A stretch of DNA of 62,980 bases, counting the filler, from Salisapilia sapeloensis CBS 127946 (lineage: Eukaryota; Protista; Oomycota): NCBI GenBank assembly GCA_023334545.1. It is 11 parts of 11 records of this genome, joined end to end, with 100 filler letters (N's around TTAATTAATTAA, not from the genome) between each part and the next. Parts side by side here need not be neighbours in the genome. Positions count along the whole stretch, not along the records: positions 56,048 to 57,647 come from JAADVB010001095.1; positions 57,748 to 59,703 come from JAADVB010000997.1; positions 59,804 to 60,970 come from JAADVB010001274.1; positions 61,071 to 62,980 come from JAADVB010001012.1; 7 more parts are not named here. The stretch is one strand, 5' to 3'. Each line of letters opens with the position of its first letter. Position 1 is the first letter of the stretch. Shown piece by piece: positions 56,050-62,980 of this stretch. Both the position numbers and the translations under genes were made by a program. The notes below the pieces were generated by a model. It was not told the origin of the DNA. It saw only the letters and a list, made by a program, of their open reading frames with translations, and searched no databases.

Positions 56050-57183
56050 GATGCAGCCAATGGGTCTAGCAATTCTACTATGTATTTGATCATAGGAATC
56101 GTAGCCGCTTGTGTGGTGCTCATTATTGTTGGAGCTGTGTGGAGGTGGAGATACAAGGCAAAGGATGGGACAAAAGATGGAGTGGACGCCAATTTCGACG
56201 GTATACCAGAAAACGAAAACTTAACGCAACCTACTGCTCACCAGTCGGATGACATGGGCTCGCAGTTTCGTGTGCTCTATAGCCCTCCTGCCGAAACTAG
56301 AGGGAAGGGATTGTTAAAAAGTTGGGATGATCCCATCATCCATGCTTCGCGCATTCCATTCGAAAAGGTTTTACCCGTAGAGCTTCTAGGACGGGGAGCA
56401 TACGGGGAGGTATATAAAGCAAGCTATCGTGGGAAACTCGTCGCCATGAAACGCCTACGTCCTGAGTTTCGGAAAGACATGCATCGACTGGAAGAACATT
56501 TTGTGGAAGCCAAAGTACTTGCATCATTGGAGCACGCTCGTATTGTCAAATTTATCGGCGTTGCTTTCGATGCATTGACTGACGTCAGCGTTGTGACCGA
56601 GTATATGGACCGAGGAGACTTGCGTTCGTATTTAAAGGAACTAGAAGTTGCGGACGCTCCCCCTGGCTTCAACACGGAGAAGCTCACCATTGCACTTCAT
56701 GTGGCACATGCACTCACCTACTTGCACTCTTTGCAGCCGATGGTCATCCACAGAGACTTGAAATCCCGCAACATTTTACTGAACAATAATCTGGAAGCCA
56801 AGATTACGGACTTTGGGACATCACGAGAAGTAGAGGAGAACACATTAACTGCTGCCGTCGGAACAGCGCTGTGGATGGCACCGGAGTGTTTAATGGGAGA
56901 GCGGTACGATGAAAAAGCTGACATTTTCTCCTTTGGGGTGGTGCTGTCCGAATTGGACGTGCACAAGCTTCCTTACAGCCATGCTCGTGAAACATCGACG
57001 GGAGACTCACGTTCCGACTTTGCCCTATTACAGCTAGTCGCCATCGGTCGTGTGGAAATTCAATTATCCACTGGTGAGAACGATGAAATGGAAGAACTTG
57101 CTAAGGCCTGTGTAAACTTGGACCCTCTGGCGAGACCGACTGCTGCAAAGGTCATGTACACAATCCACAAGCTGCTAAAGTAG
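56050..57183 (+). CDS. Single-pass TM tyrosine-kinase-like (TKL) protein kinase, 5' end truncated
   Basis: TM helix LIIGIVAACVVLIIVGAVW, GRGAYGEV, VAMK, HRDLKSRN, DFG, GTALWMAPE, DIFSFG; the frame is open from the contig start. Confidence 0.93.
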   Translation, partial: DAANGSSNSTMYLIIGIVAACVVLIIVGAVWRWRYKAKDGTKDGVDANFDGIPENENLTQPTAHQSDDMGSQFRVLYSPPAETRGKGLLKSWDDPIIHASRIPFEKVLPVELLGRGAYGEVYKASYRGKLVAMKRLRPEFRKDMHRLEEHFVEAKVLASLEHARIVKFIGVAFDALTDVSVVTEYMDRGDLRSYLKELEVADAPPGFNTEKLTIALHVAHALTYLHSLQPMVIHRDLKSRNILLNNNLEAKITDFGTSREVEENTLTAAVGTALWMAPECLMGERYDEKADIFSFGVVLSELDVHKLPYSHARETSTGDSRSDFALLQLVAIGRVEIQLSTGENDEMEELAKACVNLDPLARPTAAKVMYTIHKLLK

Positions 57184-57747
57184 GGACTGCGGATGTGCGT
57201 TTATTGCAAAGTCCGCGATTGAGTATAGTTAAGAAAATAAACGCTGTACGAACGGGGCGTTTCGTGTGATTGACAAGATGCATAATAGAAAATTACTTTT
57301 ACAACTCGAAAGAATACTAATACATTTGCATGTTCTTTGCCATCTTTTATATGTCGTACTTTTAGCTCATTCAATTTTAAATATTCACAGGTAGATGTAT
57401 ATTTTTACTAGCTATTCAATTTCGCAACCTTAGCATGTAGTGGTGGATGGTGGCCTGGATTACCGTTTGAGCTTTATCATTAATATTCATGTGAGAATAG
57501 TAGATAAACATGTTGAAGCACTGCTCGACTGGGTTCATTGCTCTCTACCTGCACATAATGAAGGAAAGGCTTAGTGAAAAGTGGGATAGCATCTTTAAGG
57601 GCACCAAGCAAAGCTCAAGCTTGGGCTATGCAAAGAATGGAGTAAAANNNNNNNNNNNNNNNNNNNNNNNNNNNNNNNNNNNNNNNNNNNNTTAATTAAT
57701 TAANNNNNNNNNNNNNNNNNNNNNNNNNNNNNNNNNNNNNNNNNNNN

Positions 57748-57838
57748 ATGTTTTCTTCTTTTGAGTCTTGTGCTTGGTGTACATGCACTCGTAGAGGACT
57801 TGTGGGCGAGAGCCGAGCAAGTGGCTAAACTTGGCCAT
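57748..57838 (-). CDS. 5' fragment of a DUF2439/ZGRF1-N-like protein
   Basis: MAKFSHLLGSRPQVLYECMYTKHKTQKKKT[W?] resembles the Y.C.YT...KK.K.W start of DUF2439; cut by the linker. Confidence 0.5.
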
Positions 57839-58421
57839 TTGGGGCAATTCGGAGCTTTTCGTCGTTGAAGTGTCTTTAGGAAATGTACAAACACACAAAA
57901 CTCTTTATGCACTCGGTCAGATCACTTGCGCAGCGGATTCGGTAGACTCGACGGAGCAAGAGGAGCAAGATCGGCTTTCCTGCATTGGCAGTGTCTTGCA
58001 TTCTTCAGTAGGAGGCCGATTGCAAAAGGAGCAGCTTTGGAGGAAGAGAAATGTACACATCGTCCTACTCTATCCTCTTGACACCTCGGTTTCCATGGAG
58101 ATCAAATCTCATGCATACGAAGAGACCTGCCTAGCGTTCTACCGCCATACTGCATAGCGAAAGGATCCTCCCATCCAAAAGCTCTTAGAAAGCAGAAGCG
58201 CGACGCCGGTAGAGGTGTGACATTCAACTGCGTATCTCCAACGGTCGTTCACCTGCATGCAGCGTCAAGACGGATGAGGACACAGGACAATCGCCAAGCA
58301 CCAAACACCAAGCACCAAGATAGACACAGATAGCGAAAAAGAACAAATAGACAGAGATCATGATAAAGTTTTCGTGGAATTAAGCCTCTTGGAGTGCACA
58401 AACAGAAAGGAGGACACAGAC

Positions 58422-58952
58422 CTACTTGACCACCTCGGCCTCCTTGAGAGACTCGACGTGTACCGGACCGGCCTTTGACCGGATCGGGTACCGGTTCAAG
58501 TAGGAGAGCTCGAGCTTCTTGGTGGACTTGACGTTCTTGTAGATGCCCTCCCACACCTTGTTCTTCTTCATCTGGATGGGCGTGACGGGGTCCACGACGT
58601 CCTCGCCGCTGGCGTACACGCGCTCGCCGATCTCGGCGTCGTCGTGCGGCTCGATAAGCTCGAGCGTGTTGCCCTTCTTGACGGCGAGCAGCATGCCCTG
58701 CGACTTGGTGCGCGCGACCTTGACGACCTTCAAGTTGCAGAGCACGATGACCTTGCGGTCCACGAGCTCTTCCTCGGACATGTACGGCTGGTGCTCCTGC
58801 ACCATCTCCAGCGTCTCTCCGTTGCCGATGTCAACCTTTTCCTTGTAGTGCGTCTCCGAGTTCGGGTGCGCGACGGCTTCCAGTACGCGGCCGACGCGGA
58901 GGTCGAGCTGGGAAAAGTAAAGCGGGGAGGAGTAGACTTCGGATCGGCCCAT
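58422..58952 (-). CDS. Stand-alone tRNA-binding (Trbp111/EMAP-II/Arc1p-C-like OB-fold) protein
   Basis: LDLRVGRV, HPN, KVDIG, VIVLCNLK, SQGMLL, IGERV, KKNKVWE. Confidence 0.85.
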   Translation of the reverse strand: MGRSEVYSSPLYFSQLDLRVGRVLEAVAHPNSETHYKEKVDIGNGETLEMVQEHQPYMSEEELVDRKVIVLCNLKVVKVARTKSQGMLLAVKKGNTLELIEPHDDAEIGERVYASGEDVVDPVTPIQMKKNKVWEGIYKNVKSTKKLELSYLNRYPIRSKAGPVHVESLKEAEVVK

Positions 58953-60110
58953 TGGCGTTGAGGAGCGGGGAGGCTGTCCAAGGCGGGTGGTGTTGCAGCT
59001 AAGTGCTAGTTGGTAAAGATCGCTTCGGTCCGACGGCGCAAAACGAGGAATGATGGGGGAGCAGGAGGTCGGTTGAAGTTTGGGATGAAGAAGGAAAAAT
59101 CAAAGCAGATTGGCTCGATTTTAAGATGGAACTGTCGGTTGCAACGGGAGTGCGGGAGGCGTTTTGCATTCAGGCGGCGGCGAGCTGCATACATGCATAG
59201 ACGGACATTATAGGTTTCGAAAGCACGCAACGAGCGTGTAGCTTCTCTCTCTCGGGCGCTGCGTTTCTTGCTTCCTTCTCATGTTGAAGTAGATCTTCAA
59301 CGGGTGCGACGGCTAAAGATAGGGCTGCAAGCGTGGGGTCCGCGGCGGCCGTCCTCGCCTGCACCCTCCCTTTTCGGTCGTGGGGGCCAGTAGGATATCG
59401 GAGTAGAGGTGAGAAATGTGCCTCCAGTGCAATTTACTCAAAGACCTTCGATCGGAAAGATGTGCTCGATCCGAGGATGCTCCAACGCGCTCGACGGAAT
59501 TTCGACCCGATATGTCGCCGCACTTTTCGTATCCTGTAGCTTCAACTGCGCTTCTGAAGACACGTCAAAACTTCAGCAAACGGTCACACGGTCTCAGAAT
59601 CGGATAGTCGGTCGACACGCGCTCGCTTTCGTGCGCTAGTCGCCGAATCAAACGGTGGATTAAAAGCTAGGTGGAGATGGGCGAAGGCGAAGGAAGGTAT
59701 TCCNNNNNNNNNNNNNNNNNNNNNNNNNNNNNNNNNNNNNNNNNNNNTTAATTAATTAANNNNNNNNNNNNNNNNNNNNNNNNNNNNNNNNNNNNNNNNN
59801 NNNGAGATACGAGTAGAATACAAGAAAAGGTAGGATAACGAAAGATACGACAGCGCTAATACGGAGAAATGAAGTCCAGAGAAAGAACCATCTTTGAGAT
59901 AAGGAGACATCAATTTGAAACCTGCTTCGTAGGCGGTGTTACGGAGGCATCGAGACCATGTAGTGGTATACCAATATTTTGTGGAGAAGGCCGATAAGGG
60001 TGGTTTCGTAGGCAAGTACGAAGGATGTTGTGAGCAAAGGTTGGTGGCTTTGTTGATTTGGAGGCTTTGTGGTATGGGTTGTAGGTTTTGGGAGTATTCT
60101 ATTATTGATA

Positions 60111-60146
60111 GTATGGATTGTATGGATAGTATGGATTGTATGGATT
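60111..60146 (+). repeat. 9-bp tandem repeat GTATGGAT[T/A] x4
   Basis: Units start at 60111, 60120, 60129 and 60138. Confidence 0.85.
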
Positions 60147-60782
60147 GAAGGTGTATGTAGGATGAGAAAGCAGGCAGACAGACCGGCAGACAGAAGTGTG
60201 GAAGAGGTGCAGTAGGCGAGAATGTGGTTGGTTGGCGTCCGTAGAAGTGTGTGTGTTTGTTGCAATGGAAATGACATGTAAGCGTGGATGATAGGTGTTG
60301 ATGTGGAGTAGTGTTGTGTCGAATTTGTATTGATGGTCGAGTGACTGTTGATGAAGAAAGTTGAGTGTGTATCACTAATACCAAGTAGAGGAGGGCAGGT
60401 TATAATAATGTGGTATGATGATGCGAAGTACGAATGTGTGGTGTTTGTGGATGAGTCGATGTGGTGTGGTATGATGTTTGGTGTGCATATGTGTGGAGGA
60501 AGGAGGAAGCGAAGTGAATGTGTGTGTCGACTAGGTAGGAGTATGTGTAGTAGTTTGATAGTGTGGAAGGTCTATATATATGTTGCAGAAGGTAGTGCGT
60601 TGATATGGAGTGGTTCTTGTTGTTGAAGAGTGGAAGTAGTTTGAAAGTAAAGTGTAGATGTCAAGGATATAGTAGTATGATGAAAGAGTATGTGTAGGTG
60701 GAAGTAGTGTGTGTGAAGTAGAATGATAGGGTGATAGGGTTTGTGACCCTATTGGAGGTAGAAGGTTATAGGTTATAGGTTA

Positions 60783-60862
60783 GGGTTTAGTATCGGTCTG
60801 GTGAGAAAACTAGGCCGTTTTTGGGTTTAGTATCGGTCTGGTGAGAAAACTAGGCCGTTTTT
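60783..60862 (+). repeat. Perfect 40-bp tandem duplication preceded by degenerate telomere-like units
   Basis: GGGTTTAGTATCGGTCTGGTGAGAAAACTAGGCCGTTTTT x2; AGGTTATAGGTTATAGGTTAGGGTTTAG at 60763-60790. Confidence 0.85.
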
Positions 60863-61070
60863 GACTTTGCTTTCACATTTGTCGGAAAGAAGACGACAAT
60901 TCATCCGTGATGACAAAAATCCAGACTGCGAGAAGTTGATCTGACGGAGGTACAGGTCGGCAAAGAGCCANNNNNNNNNNNNNNNNNNNNNNNNNNNNNN
61001 NNNNNNNNNNNNNNTTAATTAATTAANNNNNNNNNNNNNNNNNNNNNNNNNNNNNNNNNNNNNNNNNNNN

Positions 61071-61211
61071 GCTGTGCTACCCATGAGGAATCGGGGAATG
61101 GTCCGCTCCTTCACCCGTGCCCGTGGCAATGCCACAGATCGGAATTCCCGGTGAGACCAAGCAGACCGCTTCTCGGTCTATGACCTTTAATTCAAGACCA
61201 AGGATCTTGCG
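61071..61211 (+). repeat. Left arm of a perfect 141-bp inverted repeat
   Basis: Exact reverse complement of 62840-62980. Confidence 0.97.
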
Positions 61212-61879
61212 CCCATATTCTTGCTTCATCTTTCAGCTTTGTGCTGAAGTCTTTATGAGTTAAAATCACGCTGGGTTGGTGCTGATGAAGGCGAAATGTC
61301 GGAGAGGGTCATGAAAAATGTTGCGAATAATAAGTATTGCTGATAGTTGCATAACCCCTCGTCTATGTGTCTGCTGTTTTCAGGACATCAGTCAGTTACG
61401 TGCTAGTGGTGGCTCGTGTTCAGTATTACAGTCCTCTAGTGGTTTTAATCCATACGAAGTAAACAAGGTATCATGGACTTTGTCCGGCGGTCATCGCCGA
61501 CGTACTTGAATCCTCGCTGCGCAAGTCGAATCCGGATATGCTTGCATAAAAGCGTCTAAAGATTATAACCCAAGGTTTCTTTAAAAATCAAGATGTGAAT
61601 TTACGTGGAGAATGAATAGTACTCGATTATAACGAATAGCAACGCTTATTTCACAGCGTCTGAAGTGGAAATTTTGGCCGGAATGTTTCTCAATCGCTTC
61701 TGTAACGTTGTACGCCTGACAAGTTATTTCATTGTCTGATCCTCATCTTTTTATCGGTATGTAGATAGTATGTGGCATAAATCGTGACTAGTGACTAGTG
61801 ACGTCTTTGACTTTAAGCTCGTGTTTCAATTTAGATATGATGCTAGCTAGGCATTCTTCCTGCTTTCGACAATTTCAAC

Positions 61880-62452
61880 TTATGACGTCGTATGTCGGTG
61901 TTTGACACACAGGTTGTCATCGCGCTGCCTCGCAGGCTTAATGCAATTTTCGATCCGACAGCGCTTTCCTCCGCCGTGAGCCCAACATTTGCCCTTTGAC
62001 ACAGCGACCATGGGACATCCCAATGCCTTGCAACGAGTACCACCACCATGCGTCCAGCAAATACCTTTCGACTTCGCGCGACGAGTGCATCCTTCAATAA
62101 TACATCCTCGGGATCCACCATGCTTCCAGCATAAACCAGAGCGTTGTGCTCGGCAGCTACAGCCCTGAACAGAGCAGCGCTTGCCGCCTCCATGAGCGAT
62201 ACACAATCCGCGGTCCACCACGTACTTTGTGCATCCATCAAATGTGCACAGTCGCTTCTTCCTTGAACTCTGTGCACAACGACTTTCACTTTTGATCGGA
62301 TTGAGGATAAACGAGATCGATCTCTTTGGTGAAGCGTTATTGTCATAGTTCGTTATCTCTTGTCTTTGGCCATTCATCATGCCAATAGCTGTCGAAGGAA
62401 TGTAGTCTTGCAGCGGTGGGAGTGCGACAACTGGTTGGTGCAGATTGATCAT
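61880..62452 (-). CDS. Cys/His-rich GGGxRC repeat protein (oomycete WRKY19-like repeat family)
   Basis: Five C-x4-C-x(8-10)-C-x2-H units (CTFDGCTKYVVDRGLCIAHGGGKRC...), after a SISFILN short motif. Confidence 0.85.
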   Translation of the reverse strand: MINLHQPVVALPPLQDYIPSTAIGMMNGQRQEITNYDNNASPKRSISFILNPIKSESRCAQSSRKKRLCTFDGCTKYVVDRGLCIAHGGGKRCSVQGCSCRAQRSGLCWKHGGSRGCIIEGCTRRAKSKGICWTHGGGTRCKALGCPMVAVSKGKCWAHGGGKRCRIENCIKPARQRDDNLCVKHRHTTS

Positions 62453-62839
62453 GCTGCTTTCGGATCGAAGGATAGTTTAGGAATGAGGTCATGCGTGCGC
62501 TGCGATCTGTCGTCTGAGCTCAAAATTCGCAAAGAAAGACCAATTGATTTTGCAACCGCATGGAGAGACTATGTGTGGCGAAGTCAAAGTGCGTAGTCTG
62601 TTTCATGAACGACTGACTGGTGAGAAAGAAGACGTAAAACTAGTCGTCAGCATTGAAACTCGTCCCGACCACAACACCATTACAGATGGCTTCATCACTT
62701 CTGGCTCAAGACACCCGACAACAAAAGTCAAGGCGATGTCAACCACGAAATTAAAGTGACTGACCGGTGGCGGCAACGTTGCGAGTACCAAAACAACCCA
62801 ACAATAACGTAGTCAACAGGATGCTACAAACACCAAGAA

Positions 62840-62980
62840 CGCAAGATCCTTGGTCTTGAATTAAAGGTCATAGACCGAGAAGCGGTCTGCTTGGTCTCAC
62901 CGGGAATTCCGATCTGTGGCATTGCCACGGGCACGGGTGAAGGAGCGGACCATTCCCCGATTCCTCATGGGTAGCACAGC
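62840..62980 (-). repeat. Right arm of the perfect 141-bp inverted repeat
   Basis: Exact reverse complement of 61071-61211. Confidence 0.97.

Noticed and set aside
56048-57183. Linking the TM-TKL kinase to the LRR array as one receptor kinase
   Set aside because: They are on different fragments separated by artificial linkers, so there is no physical evidence of linkage.
60903-60946. C/D box snoRNA-like TCCG-TGATGA...CTGA-CGGA
   Set aside because: Only about 27 nt lie between the boxes, too short for a eukaryotic C/D snoRNA, and no convincing rRNA guide was seen.

Overview
This is eukaryotic nuclear DNA, almost certainly from an oomycete. The evidence is an elicitin, an M96-family gene, GGGxRC repeat proteins, a TM-TKL kinase, INR+FPR promoter motifs and roughly 50-110 bp GT-AG introns. 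The window is not one locus. It is 11 assembly fragments joined by artificial 100-bp linkers (N44-TTAATTAATTAA-N44): 1-20518, 20619-27780, 27881-33206, 33307-35310, 35411-43771, 43872-45717, 45818-55947, 56048-57647, 57748-59703, 59804-60970 and 61071-62980. Adjacency across linkers is therefore meaningless. The gene-dense, GC-rich fragments carry housekeeping and secreted-protein genes: two Pmp3-family genes, an elicitin, a secreted beta-lactamase-fold hydrolase, CLPTM1, SURF6, ATG1, an ABCD transporter, PhzF-like, trypsin-like, a lipase, B12D/NDUFA4-like, a metallophosphoesterase, M96-like, ADH, SAC1, a CUE protein, ceramide synthase, a DAACS symporter, FUN14, a TKL kinase and a tRNA-binding-domain protein. 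Several real genes are absent from or fragmented in the ORF track and were rebuilt here by splicing by eye: a G-protein gamma subunit, a WBP11 5' end, a DUF2439 5' end, a probable AA17 LPMO 3' end and a 5-exon orphan. The most unusual items are four. (1) An AT-rich fragment holds a decayed secreted LRR gene in which each repeat is its own 57-72 bp exon, bounded by 16 consecutive phase-2 introns, with a duplicated 4-exon block and a tandem paralog. (2) A GGGxRC (WRKY19-like) repeat gene is enclosed by a perfect 141-bp inverted repeat at both contig ends. (3) A ~310-nt intergenic segment has a long-range closing helix and several hairpins, making it a candidate structured ncRNA. (4) An ADH has a metallothionein-like Cys cluster in its presequence region. 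All calls come from reading the sequence; no searches or folding computations were run.
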